A stretch of 64,000 bases of DNA from Octopus vulgaris (Eukaryota). This document shows positions 28,445 to 41,530 of the stretch, one piece after another. Numbering within the stretch: position 1 is the stretch's first letter; every line of letters begins with the position of its first letter. Made by a program: the position numbers and the translations under genes. The stretch covers positions 20,398,001 through 20,462,000 of the forward strand of contig OX597818.1 of assembly GCA_951406725.2 (NCBI GenBank). Reading direction: 5' to 3'. The notes beneath the pieces were generated by a model that saw only the letters and a list, made by a program, of their open reading frames with translations, made no database searches and was not told where the DNA came from.

Positions 28445-29635
28445 CAGGGGTTGGACAAAATAATGGAAAAACCTTCAAATTTCAAACAAATTTATGTTAA
28501 TATGGGTTAGGACCTCCTTTGGCAGTAACTACAGCTTGAATTCTACGAGGTATGGACTCGTACAAAGTTTAATTTATTTCTAAAGGAATGTTTCTCCTTT
28601 CTTCAGCTAAAACAAGTCTCCAGTTCTTGTAGTGATGATGGTGGAGGATATCGACTCCTTACTTGTTTTTCTAAAATGCACCTTAAATGTTCAATAATAT
28701 TGAGATCTCGTGCCATTCAGTAACAACTTTAGCTGTGTGAATTGGTGCATTATCATCCTGAAAGATTGCATTTCTCTTCGGAAACAGTTCCACAACCATA
28801 GGATGAATTTGATCAGATAAAATGTTTAAACAGTCTTGACTATTAATTCTGCCATTGGACCGGCGGATTTCCAAGATATAGCCTCCCAGATAATTACAGA
28901 TCCTCCTCCATGTTTAACAGTTGGAAGAAGGCAGTCTGGCTCAAATGCTTCTTTTGGCTGTCTCCACACGTATACTCGGCCGGTGGTCGGAAATTAGTTA
29001 GAGGATGACTCGTCCGAGAAAATAACATTCTTCCACTGTTCTAGGGACCAATTCTGTAGGTTTTTACCCCCTCTAAACGCTTTGCAACGTTTGTTTTTGA
29101 AAGTAGTGGTTTTCTGATTGCAGCCTCCCGTGAAATCCTGCTTTGTGCAGCTTCCGGCGAACAATTTTTGTGGAAACTGTTCTCGAGGTGGTCATTAAGC
29201 TCTGCAGTAATTTTGTGGGCTGAACTTTTGTGATCCTTTCCAACAATTCGCGTATGACTCCGACGGTCTTAAAGTTTGGGTTTTCTTCCGGAATTTTGTT
29301 CCGACGAGGTTTTTCCCTCTTTCTCAAAAGCTTTCATTACTTTCGAGACAGTATTTCTTGATATACCAAATATTTCAGCTGTTTTCGTTACGCCATACGA
29401 GCACCAACAATTTGACCTTTTTGAAAGTCCGATAGATCTGTCATTTTAATGAATTTTAATTACCTTTTTCTGATGGTATTTGCAAAGAAACGGCAATTTT
29501 GGCAAAACATATATTAAGCAACACTAATAATAAATCAAAAAACATTTTAAAAATCAAGCTTTTGATGGTTTTATAGATATTTCAAAATTATGAAGTTATG
29601 ATGCTAGGTGTTTCCATTATTTTGTCCAACCCCCG
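28445..29635 (-). mobile_element. Tc1-family DNA transposon with decayed transposase
   Basis: TIRs CAGGGGTTGGACAAAATAATGGAAA / TTTCCATTATTTTGTCCAACCCCCG with TA TSDs. The minus strand encodes MTDLSDFQKGQIVGAR (start ~29444), IFSDES and FQDDNAPIH, with frameshifts. Confidence 0.92.
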
Positions 29636-29996
29636 TATGTACTTAAGTGTTTATATATGCGTGTACACAAATACACATACTGTGACCGGTGTGTGTATGT
29701 GTGACAAAATTCACATGTGTAACGTGTGGGTGTGTGGATGATGGTGTGGGTGCTGGGAAGTGGTCAGTGCTAGTGCGTGCAGGGTGGTGTGATGTGGTGT
29801 GATGGTGTGTGTTGTGGTGTGGCGGTGTTAGGATGTGGGAATGTGAGGGTGAGGTGTGGGTTTGAGGTTAGGATGTGAGTAGGGGTGAGGTATGTGGGAG
29901 TGGGATGTGTGGGGTGGAGTGTGGATGGAGGTGGTACCAATGGAGGTGGTACCAAGACGGTGGGCAGGAGTGGAAAGAGGAAGTAGCCAACGAACA

Positions 29997-30174
29997 GGGA
30001 AGTGGGTAAATCGATTACATCGACCCCAGTGCTCACCTGGTACTTACCGTATTGATTCTGAAGGAATGAAAAGCAAAGTCGGCATGGGTGGAATTTGTAC
30101 TCAGAATTTAAGGACGGACGAAATGCCGCTAAGCGTTTTGCCCGGCACTTTAACGATTCTGCCAGCTCGCCGCC
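29997..30174 (-). mobile_element. Family A SINE variant
   Basis: Near-identical to 24348-24518 in the opposite orientation. Confidence 0.8.
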
Positions 30175-30503
30175 AATAATAATACTACTTGCAAGAACGG
30201 CAGCTACAGTACTGGCACTGGTGTCATAAATGAAATTCCCAAAGGCATAGTTGGGGCCGATTACAAATTAAAAGGGTGGCTTATTAGCAATTAGAATCTA
30301 AAGGCAAAATTGACGGAGGTTGCTGACTATTAGGTTTGGTATTAATTTAACTCTTAGCATAAGCGGAGCTAGTTAACAAACTCCGTCACTTTCGTGACCT
30401 CCATTTATACATATACATATATACACATATATATATATACATTCAAAATGTGACCGCAATTTTTTCCTCCGTCTTCCCTTCTTTGGATCTTTCCTTTTCC
30501 TAT

Positions 30504-30538
30504 GTTTCTGACGAGGAGCTCCGCTCGAAACGTTAAAC
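30504..30538 (+). ncRNA. Minimal type I hammerhead motif
   Basis: GUUU-CUGACGA-G-GAGC(UCC)GCUC-GAA-ACGU-U|AAAC. The palindrome ACGU replaces stem III. It lies in a ~200-bp insert between TA-rich repeats. Confidence 0.7.
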
Positions 30539-30632
30539 CTTTTTTTCGTTCTTTCCTGAACGTCCAATAACACTATCCTTGTTCCACGTCCTCGCGTTGT
30601 TGTGTTTTCTCTTTGTGTTTTCATGTTTGGAT

Positions 30633-30687
<55 letters not shown>

Positions 30688-30932
30688 TATATATATACGT
30701 TTATATACACGTATATATGAACACATACATATAATACACACACGCACATGCGATTATCCCATCCTCAGTCAATCTGACTGTCTGTCTGTGTGTCCGTTAA
30801 CTTGTCAGTCTGCCTGTTTGTCTGCCTTTCTGTCTGTCTGAATATGTGTACACACGAGCGCGCGCACGCACACACACACACACACAAAAATATATATATA
30901 AGACTGTTTGACTGTCTGAACGACTCTTTCTG

Positions 30933-30992
<60 letters not shown>

Positions 30993-31319
30993 GCCATCCT
31001 CCGTCTACTCCGACCTACTCACGTCTGTCTCGTTCTTCCTGTGTTGTGTGTGAGTCACTACAGGGTACTACTGAACGTGGCTCCGACACACAATAACGTC
31101 AGCAGACACAAGCGAAGCAGAGATGGATAAAGGCGGCGGGAAGAGGTAGAGCGAAGAGGGATGCGGAGGAGCAAACGTATGAGTAGGAGGGGAAGAGGAG
31201 GTTTATGCATCATTTTACGAAAAAATAAAGGATTTCGACTTCAAAGGCGGTATGCAAAACCCCCACTCAGAACCTTTTTACACACTCCAACTAACAATTA
31301 TATACACGCGCGGTACAGA

Positions 31320-31724
31320 CACGTATACATGTATAATAGTGAATCACGCCGATACACATACACACGCACACACACATAAACGCACGCACGCACGCACGCA
31401 CGTATATACACACATCTATGCACGCACGATCGCACACACATACATACGCATACGCACACACATACGATCGCACACACATACGCATACGCACATTCATATA
31501 CATACAAATGCATATACAGACACATACACATTCATGTACATACAAATACATACACAGACATAGACACACATACACACACACTCACACACAAACACACACA
31601 TACACACACACACACACACGTTCAAAAGGCAAGTACAAACACATAAATAGACGAATACACATCTATAGTTATGTTTTAGCATGGAAGAAAGTTTACCTAT
31701 TACACGCGCGCGCGCATGCACGCA

Positions 31725-31768
<44 letters not shown>

Positions 31769-31898
31769 TATACACGGAGATAAAACAAGCACACACGCAC
31801 ATGCACTCACTTACACTCGTAGCCTTAGGCATGTCAGCTAAAACAAACCAGTTTACGTTCATACGCACACACACACGCACTTACATACGTGATGCACG

Positions 31899-31978
<80 letters not shown>

Positions 31979-32452
31979 TCTATATGTTTTATCTGTATAC
32001 TACATACATTGCAAATGTATAACCTGAAACAGTATGAGTATATACGCATATATACTCATAGACATCCACACACATATGTACACACATCTAGACATACGGA
32101 CACACATATATACATACATTCACATACACATACACATACTTACATATATACACATACGTACATATATATACGTACATACATACATACACACACATTTGTA
32201 CATACATACGCATACATATATACACACATGCATGCATACATACGTACATATATACATACACATACATATATATATATATACATACGCACATACTTACACA
32301 CATACATGCATACATACATGCATACATACATACACGCACATACATACATACACATACATACAGACACATAAATATCTATACATTGCATACACACGCAGTA
32401 GTTCACATTTCACAATCCATACCTCTATTTCTATGTGTTCATGGAAATGTTT

Positions 32453-32500
<48 letters not shown>
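31320..32500. repeat. Long degenerate (CA/TACA)n zone
   Basis: Visible directly. Confidence 0.88.
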
Positions 32501-32504
<4 letters not shown>

Positions 32505-33414
32505 GAACCAAGGCATACACAGGACTACTTTTTTATCTCCAGTCCTAATGCCAGAATAAAACTGCACATAGAACACACGCACAAATACATCAAAGGCAGA
32601 TGTGCATCTGTATTTGCTTCTTGCACCGACGAAAATTCATCGTTCAGCAACTGTGATAATATGTCTAATCTGAAGTTAAGTGGATATCCCCAACGGTGGT
32701 GGCCAAATCAGATCTTAAGGAGAAACACATTAAATAATGTATCCCTAGATAAACTATGCCTGGAAAAAAAAACTGTGATGTTCCTGACTGGAATGCATTT
32801 GGTCAGAAGTCTATTTAATTAGGCTGATTGTGTGTGTGTGAAGGGGATTAACTAAGAAAACTAACGGCAACATGTCTTATGTAAGGGGTGGACGTGGTCG
32901 CTGCAAAAGCTATGAGCGAGCTTGCTTTTGGAGCAAAACATTTCCTGCTTTATTGAGCACAAATGAATACATATGCATAGACGTATGTATGTATGTATGT
33001 ATGTACGTATGTATGTATGTATGTATGTATGTATGTATGTATGTATGTATGTATGGGAAGGGTCTTCCTTTGATGCTGACATGCAATGACTGTGCAAGAC
33101 CCTGCCTCAGTAAAGCTGGACTCAAGAGTCATCTTCGTAGTCATAAAACAAGACAGATGAGTGACAACCTGGCCACTGGTGGTGGTGTAACACACCATAC
33201 TAATCATATCTGTCGGGCATGTGGAAGAGAGTGTAATTCGGCAGGAGGACTTAAACGACATGCAAAGGTACATGAAGCCCAGTTACAACTACAGCCGGCT
33301 ATTACCGGTAAAGGTTTTAGTTGCCAATTTTGTACAAAACATTGTAGATCACAGCACCAGTAACAGTTAAGCTTCGTGCAATGGCCATACTCGATAACGA
33401 GGAGGCAGCAATAA
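32500..33414 (+). mobile_element. RTE-like LINE 3' end with tandem C2H2 zinc fingers, interrupted by (TATG)n
   Basis: CNDCARPCLSKAGLKSHLRSH, CRACGRECNSAGGLKRHAKVH and CQFC, followed by a short 3' UTR (GGCCATACTCG...CGAGGAGGC) and a (TATG)n tail. Confidence 0.6.
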
Positions 33415-33930
33415 TGTATGTATGTATGTCATTTTTCAGTTTTATTTCAAGATTTCTTGTCAATAGGAAAAGAGCTGGTTTCTAACCTAGATCCCAGGCT
33501 CCTTCATTGGAATTTCGTCAACATCAACACGGTATTTTTGTATGTATGTATACGTGCAGATTTGTATGTTTTGTTTTATGCGAATCTACTCTATATTGCT
33601 TCCTCCTCCATCCTTCTCTAATTCCCATTTTCTTCCTTTCACCGTTTCCTATCTCTCTCTCAACTCTCTTTCTCTTTTCTCTCTCTCGTTGCTCACATTG
33701 CTCACGTGACCATCGTCTATCTTTTTCCTTTCGTGACCATCTTTCTCCTCCTTTAGGACGTCCTAACGACTGGACGTCTTCAATCTCTCTCTCCTATTTT
33801 TTCTCTTTTCTCAGAAAGTATTTCTCCAGCGTTCGCTATTTTATCCTCGTTCTGGTCTAACGAACCACCATATTTGTTTTTGTTCGGCATCTTTGTATGT
33901 CTCCACTGTCCTGTTTTTGTTCCCAACTTT

Positions 33931-34045
33931 GACCCTTCATAAATCCAAAATTTTATTTTGGTATTTATGGGATCGCCTGTCTTCGAAGACTCCTATTGTC
34001 GTTCAGTGCTGGAGTAGATAGACAGCCGACAACTGATGAAGGGTC
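33931..34045 (+). ncRNA. Pseudoknotted CUGAUGA-containing RNA motif, copy 1
   Basis: Helices CTGTCT/AGACAG, ACTCC/GGAGT, TTGTCG/CGACAA and GACCCT/AGGGTC surround CTGATGA at 34033-34039. Confidence 0.5.
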
Positions 34046-34160
34046 GTTTTTGTGTTACTTGTCCTGTTTTCCATTTTTCTCTCATTGTTTGTGTATTTAA
34101 CTCATTTGTTTTCGTAGTTCATGTTGTTTTCTGCTGATGACGTTCTGTATCCATATATGC

Positions 34161-34543
<383 letters not shown>

Positions 34544-34577
34544 CATATATATACATATACATATACACATACATACA

Positions 34578-34644
<67 letters not shown>

Positions 34645-35717
34645 TCAGCATTAAACAGTACAATTGTATATTTGAAAATTAATGCAAATAAATATACCTC
34701 ATCTGATCGCCTTAATATTAGGTTACACCAACAATTCAACTCTAAATATATACACAAAATGTCTTCTTTATATATACAGTATAAGAAAGTCTGAAGCTAG
34801 ACAGAAGTGGATTGATTTAGCCAGTAAAAGTAAAGGGAGAAAGTTTCATATCAATTAAGTTTAAGTGCTAGATAGAATTTTAAGGAATAGACAATCCTAA
34901 GGGAAACAAGAAAAATAGAAACAAAAAATGGGAAATGGATGTAAAAATAAAGTTAAAAAAATGAATAGCGTAAAAATGCTTATAAAATATAAGGAAATAA
35001 TATAAATGAATTTTTAGTCAAAGTAACTATATAGAAGGATAAGTGGGGGACGAAACAGCTGGAGATTTGAAGATTCCACACAAATCAAAGATGAATGACA
35101 GATTATGTAAATCCAAGAAGTACTGTTCAATTTGACTTACACATTCCAACCAAACACCAAATATACTTTCCAACACAATGAACTGGAGTAAAACAAAAAA
35201 CAAAACATACACACATATACATAGAAGGACATCTACAGAAGCATATAAACATACATATAAGTATAAACTACACATACACACACACACACCCGTAGCACGA
35301 TTCTCTAAATTCATCTTATGCTACTCATTTATATGTATGTATATATGTATGAATGTATGTGTGTATGTATGTATGTGCGCGCATGCGCGCGTCTGTTTTT
35401 TAAAAAACTATTTTAAGGGCTTCTAACATTAGATCGATCTTACTACTTTTGGTATATATTTTATCAACTTTAGGAAGAACAAAAGTTGATCTTAACTAGC
35501 GTAATGGGAGGTAAGCAATGAAAACTGGAATATTCCAAGGTATTTTTATCAATGCACCAATTATTTTGCTTCCCACATGACACACACACACACATATATG
35601 TATATATGCATATGTGTATATATGTATATATGCATATATATATGTATACATACATACATACATACATACATGTGCATATATATATATGCACATGTATAAT
35701 ATATACATATATATGTA

Positions 35718-35775
<58 letters not shown>

Positions 35776-35855
35776 AAATGGGACAAGAAAGCAAAACATC
35801 CGGACATTTAGGTGATACAAAAAGCGACAACAAACATTCAGGACGGGTCATTTGA

Positions 35856-35977
35856 AGTTTTCTTTCCTCAGTTAAGTACCAGATTATCCTCGCAATTTCG
35901 GTTGATTATACTTGAAATTGCTCCAATCTGGCCAGCCCCAAGGAAAAACTAAGCCAAGAGCATTAGATTAGAAAGCA
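35856..35977 (-). ncRNA. Pseudoknotted CUGANGA motif, copy 2
   Basis: Minus strand reads CCAGAUU-GGA-GCAAU-U-UCAAGUA..GAA-AUUGC..AAUCUGG-UACUUAA-CUGAGGA-AAG. Confidence 0.5.
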
Positions 35978-36230
35978 GCGAATGTATACAAAAACAAGGA
36001 CGGAAAAAAACGGACAATGTTACACAAATACAATAAATAATAACAGGACATAACAACAGGTGTCTTTCGACTAAGGACGGATTAAATTAGGCTGGCGTGT
36101 GTGGAAATGAAGCCTTACAGCAGGGATAGAAGATTTCACAAACACATGGAAGAATATCGATGTTGCAATGTTGCACGAACAGCGGTCAGACCAAGAATAT
36201 ATATATGCATATGTGCAATAACATTGTTGT

Positions 36231-36272
<42 letters not shown>

Positions 36273-36741
36273 ACAATGTTATTGCACATATACATATATA
36301 TATATTTACATACATACACACACACTCACACACATATGACATATGTTCATACATATATCTGTATCGACTAAGAATGTTATTGAAGAACACGCTTTAAACT
36401 TTAACAAGCTGATGACAGCACAAACCGCTCAATAAAATATGACTCTGTTTTCTTTCGTTTGTGTGTAGTCTGATGTAAAGCTTACTCTATGAAGACATAC
36501 ACATATTTTTACAGTAAAACTTTTATATGAAAATATTTTTTTACGTAGAAACATAATCTTGTACCGTTATTCTCATACATATAAATATGCATTATAGAAA
36601 TATTTACTACCTGTACTAAAAAGTAACATTTGTTTTATTCAAATACATGCGTGTGAGTTAGTAGAAATTTAGCACATTTCAACGTATAAATATATAGGTT
36701 GTCGGTGAAACGTTGCACCCTCTATATACAATATATATTTA

Positions 36742-37153
36742 TTTCATTATTGCCCCCAGAGGGCTAAACATAGAGGGACAAACAAGAACAGACAAGGGGA
36801 TTAAGTCGATTACATCGACCCTACTGCGTAACTGGTACTTGTTTAATCGACCCCGAAAAGATGAAAGGCAAAGTCGACCTCGGCGGAATTTGAACTCAAA
36901 ACGTAGCGGCAGACGAAATACCTATTTCTTTGCTACCCACAAGGGGCTAAACACAGAGAAGACAAACAAGGACAGACAAACGGATTAAGTCGATTAGATC
37001 GACCCCAGTGCGTAACTGGTACTTAATTTATCGACCCCGAAAGGATAAAAGGCAAAGTCGACCTCGGCGGAATTTGAACTCAGAACGTAACGGCAGACGA
37101 AATACCGCGAAGCACTTTGCTCGGCGTGCTAACGTTTCTTCCAGCTCGCCGCC
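36742..37153 (-). mobile_element. Tandem dimer of family A SINE
   Basis: Two head-to-tail copies, one lacking the 5' A-box segment. Confidence 0.85.
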
Positions 37154-37228
37154 TCACAATATATATACACTATATATTGTTTGCAGGGGGGAGCGAACCC
37201 CAACCACCCTCTAGCATGTAACAGGATT

Positions 37229-37273
37229 GAGAGACTGATTCAGTTTCGAGCTATTTGGCTCATCCTCAATCGC
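37229..37273 (-). ncRNA. Type I hammerhead motif with C3U core change
   Basis: Minus strand reads GCGA-UUGAGGA-U-GAGC(CAAAUA)GCUC-GAA-ACUG(AAU)CAGU-C|UCUC. Confidence 0.55.
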
Positions 37274-37590
37274 GAGCACCAGTCCGCTAGAGCGATAGCC
37301 AGAGTCCGCTCCAGCCAACATATTGTAAACAAAGCGACCATCTGTCACTGATTTACAACAATATATATTGTATATAGATGGTGCAGTGTTGCACCGATAA
37401 CCAGCCGGCGGAAGATCTGCCTAGAGTTAAACTAGCAACTTTTATGTGGCGACTGACTACCTTTTAGTATCGTTACTACTCCGATCTCTTCATTAAGTTT
37501 TACGACTAGCTATATATATAAATACTGCTTTTTCTTTCGAAAAATTCTAGAACTGCTTCGAAGTGCTCTTATTGAACCTGAGACGCTAGG

Positions 37591-38534
37591 TAGTAAATAA
37601 TATAATTTAAAGAAGAAACAACAATTAGTTATTTTGTATTTATGACATACAGTGCCACAACATATACATTAAGACATTCAGACCATATCAAAAATATTAT
37701 TTAAGAATATAATAGAAATAAAAAATATTTGAAATAAGAATATACATGAAAATATAAGCAAGAATTAATTCGATATGTGGAGTGATTTGGCGAATATAAG
37801 AACACCTTATTGAAAATTAAAAATTAAAAATTTAGAAATAAAAATTGAAAGTTAGAAATTAGATCGACGGGATTGAGAAACCTTAACGAGTAATTTAAAA
37901 GTCAAAGAAATATATTTGTTTAAAGAGTTCTAAAAAATATATATATAGCGGGTTATAATAACAGATAAGAGGTATTTCTACGGCCGTTTCCTGAGTCCAT
38001 TTGTCCTGGAAAGGTGTGAATTTTATAATTCACGTATAGAACTTTGCTTTCTATTTTCCTGATGAAGAGGACATTGTTTATAAGTGAGTTATAAAATTCA
38101 CACCTTTCCAGGACAAATGGACTCCGGAAACGGACATAGAAATACCTCTTACCTGTTATTATATAATCCGTTATATATTTTTTTTAGAACTCTTAAAACA
38201 AATATATTTCTCTGACATTTAAATTCCTCATTGAGGTTTCTCACTACCGTCAATGTAGTTTCTAACTTTTAATTTTTTAAATTTCTAATTCTAAATTTTT
38301 AATTTTTAATTTCCAATAAGATCTTCTTATATTCGCCAAATCACTCCACATATCGAATTAATTCTTGCTTATATTTTCATGTATATTCTTATTTCATATA
38401 TTTCTTATTTCTATTATATTCTTAAATAATACTTTTAATATGTTCTGAATGTCTTAATGTATTTGTTGTATTAAAGTATGTCATAAATACAAGATAATTA
38501 TCTAATTTTTGTTTGTTCTTTAAATTATATTATT

Positions 38535-38539
<5 letters not shown>
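37591..38539. repeat. Long inverted repeat (~450-bp diverged arms, ~40-bp spacer), probable PLE terminal-repeat inversion
   Basis: 37591-38038 is the reverse complement of 38079-38539; for example CAAGAATTAATTCGATATGTGGAGTGATTTGGCGAATATAAG is mirrored exactly. The right end abuts (TA)n. Confidence 0.9.
38052..38144 (+). ncRNA. Degraded type I hammerhead spanning the centre of the inverted repeat
   Basis: UAUUUUC-CUGAUGA-AGAG...CUC-CG-GAA-ACGGACAU-A|GAAAUA. The mirror arm retains the palindromic ACGGCCGU. Confidence 0.55.
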
Positions 38540-38622
<83 letters not shown>

Positions 38623-38633
38623 TATATGGAATG

Positions 38634-38983
38634 GATGGAAGCACTCCGTCGGTTACGACGACGAGGGTTCCGGTTGATCCGAATCAACGGAACAGCCTGC
38701 TCCTGAAATTAACGTGTAAGTGGCTGAACACTCCACAAACACGTGTACCCTTAACGTAGTTCTCGGGGATATTCAGCGTGACACAGAGAGTGACAAGGCC
38801 GGCCCTTTGAAATACAGGTACAACAGAAACAGGAAGTAAGAGTGAGAGAAAGTTGTGGTGAAAGAGTACAGCAGGGATCACCACCATCCCCTGCCGGAGC
38901 CTCGTGGAGCTTTGGGTGTTTTCGCTCAATAAACACTCACAACGCCCGGTCTGGGAATCGAAACCGCAATCCTATGACCGCGA
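38634..38983 (-). mobile_element. tRNA-derived SINE, family C
   Basis: B-box-like GTTTCGATTCCC on the minus strand; homologous to 59785-60100. Confidence 0.75.
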
Positions 38984-39005
38984 TATATATATATATATAT
39001 ATATA

Positions 39006-39198
39006 CGTGGTGGGCCAAAAGTCACACACAAAATAAGTTCAATACGGACCGGAATGTCAAAGACATTTCCTGAAAAATGAATAAGATAAACAAAATAACG
39101 ATGAATACAGGCGTACTTGACCATGGTGAACAAAATGAATGATGACCTAACATGAATAAAATGTCAATGTGTTGGTGCGTGACTTTTGGACCACCATG
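39006..39198. mobile_element. Tc1/mariner-type MITE
   Basis: TA|CGTGGTGGGCCAAAAGTCAC...GTGACTTTTGGACCACCATG|TA. Confidence 0.75.
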
Positions 39199-39232
39199 TA
39201 GGTACTCGTGTATGTGCGTGCGTGTGTGCGTG

Positions 39233-39293
<61 letters not shown>

Positions 39294-39297
39294 GATG

Positions 39298-39338
<41 letters not shown>

Positions 39339-39703
39339 ACTAAGTACTGTCTCGATTCTGAGCACTTGTAGGCCGGTTATTTTGCCTCCGGGGTGGGGAG
39401 TAAAGTGACCGAGATAACGACATACCCTCAGAACAAGGACCTAGTCGGATTCGGAGATTAGTCATTTACAGGTGTGTGGACTGGTATAGCATGAAAAACG
39501 GAGTGTTTTGCTCAGCAACACTACATTGCCCGGTCCTGGATTCGAATCCACGATCTTGTGATCCTTGAGTCAATAACTTTCACTGTTTTTCTTATGTGTG
39601 TGTATGTGTGTGTATGTGTATGTGTATGTGTGTGTGTGTGAACATTAACACCACCCCTTCTACCGCCAGGTTTACATCCAGTATCATCTCAATTTATAAA
39701 AGC

Positions 39704-40045
39704 TACCATCACTATTGCGACCATCATCACTATTGCTACCACCACCACCACCACTACCACCACAACCACCACCACTACCACCACCACCTCCACCACCACC
39801 ACCACTACCGCCGCCGCCGCCGCCACCACCATCACCACTACCGCCACCACCGCCACCACCGTCACCACCACCACCACCACCACCACCGTCACCACCACCA
39901 CCACCACCACTACTACCAACACCACCAGCGCCAGCACCAGCACCACCAGCACCACCATCATCATCATCATAACGACCTTTTTCATTACTGTCACTATCAT
40001 CATTAACCGCCACCACCATTGTCTTCCCTTCTACTATTACCACCA
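39704..40045. repeat. Degenerate (CAC/CGC/CAT)n trinucleotide array
   Basis: Visible directly; it explains the poly-His, poly-Pro and poly-Gly ORFs. Confidence 0.88.
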
Positions 40046-40658
40046 TACTATTACATACAGCCTGTTACTGAGACAGGAAGATGACAGCCGTTACGGTGCA
40101 CTCAACGGCAACGCACGCATCAACATCACACACACACACACACACGCACACACGTATCAATGACAAGAAATCACCCACACTACCACCCTTCCCTCCTCTA
40201 CACACACATAGACAGCTGCCATATCCTCACCACCACGACCATAATCCTCATACATCCACCTCCACCTCCTCCTCCTCCTCCTCCTCATCATCATCATCAT
40301 CATCATCGCTGAACACTCCCTGGGTGCCAGCATCCTTCGTAACACGACTGTGACCGGATGCCCAATTAGTTGTGCTCAGGATCAAATCCAATTAAAAGAC
40401 AGGTCGTATTGAGGTCAACACTAAAATTGTCTTAGGTTCATTGGTACACTGCGTATGTATGTATGTATGTATGTATGTATGTATGTATGTATGTATGTAT
40501 GTATGTATGTATAGACTAATGTATACACACACACACACACAAACATAAACACGCACTCTTTCTCCCTCTCACATACACACAAATACACGCATACACATAG
40601 GTATATGCTTATATTTGTGTGTATCTTTATGAATTTTCACATTAGGTTCATTGACATA

Positions 40659-40737
<79 letters not shown>

Positions 40738-40896
40738 TGAAGGCACTTATTGTGATCACTTTAGGACGGGAGCTTTCCAGTTAAAAATAACCATTTCACA
40801 AAATAACGCGTGATTATAAGTAGCTTTTATCTATCTATCTATACATACATACATACATGCATATATATATGTGTGTGTGTAATATATATATGTATA

Positions 40897-40974
<78 letters not shown>

Positions 40975-41181
40975 GTGAAATAGAAAGATGAATAATCTTG
41001 TAGTAGATTAAACAAAAGTTTAACCGATACCTTAGTAGCAAAAATCACAGCAGTAAAACAGCACGGTTGGAGGTACAACCATATGGTGTTGCAACCGTGC
41101 GTTGGTGCGGATAATTGAAATTAGAACATTATTGGTGAATTGAAGAAATGGAGCTGAACGCAGATTGAACAGAAATCGTTT

Positions 41182-41275
41182 TATTTCATTCTACACGTGT
41201 TTCGAAAGGCACAAATTACCAAAATCCGATGGAATAATGGGACCATATTGCGTCTTTCTCTTCAGGAAGAAAATA
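41182..41275 (-). ncRNA. Type I hammerhead ribozyme (mirror copy)
   Basis: Reverse complement of 41437-41530. Confidence 0.75.
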
Positions 41276-41436
41276 GGAAATCCGTTGGAAAAACAAAAAC
41301 AGAACAGAGGCGGAGCAAAAACAAATCGAACTATGCTCCTAAGAGCCCATGGTGTTTCGCCATGGGCTCTTAGGAGCATAGTTCGATTTGTTTTTGCTCC
41401 GCCTCTGTTCTGTTTTTGTTTTTCCAACGGATTTCC

Positions 41437-41530
41437 TATTTTCTTCCTGAAGAGAAAGACACAATATGGTCCCATTATTCCATCGGATTTTGGTAATTTG
41501 TGCCTTTCGAAACACGTGTAGAATGAAATA
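41437..41530 (+). ncRNA. Type I hammerhead ribozyme with palindromic stem III
   Basis: UAUUUUCUUC-CUGAAGA-GAAAGACACAA...UUGUGCCUUUC-GAA-ACACGUGU-A|GAAUGAAAUA. Predicted cleavage after 41520 (GUA). Confidence 0.78.

Noticed and set aside
33466-33516. Hammerhead-like segment on the minus strand (CCAAUGA..stem II..A-GAAACCAGCUC)
   Set aside because: The core lacks the UG of CUGA and stems I and III are poor. It may be a degenerate or variant HHR but cannot be supported from one copy.
39596-40046. Gly-, His- and Pro-rich ORFs
   Set aside because: These are translations of a degenerate trinucleotide repeat, open in several frames at once.
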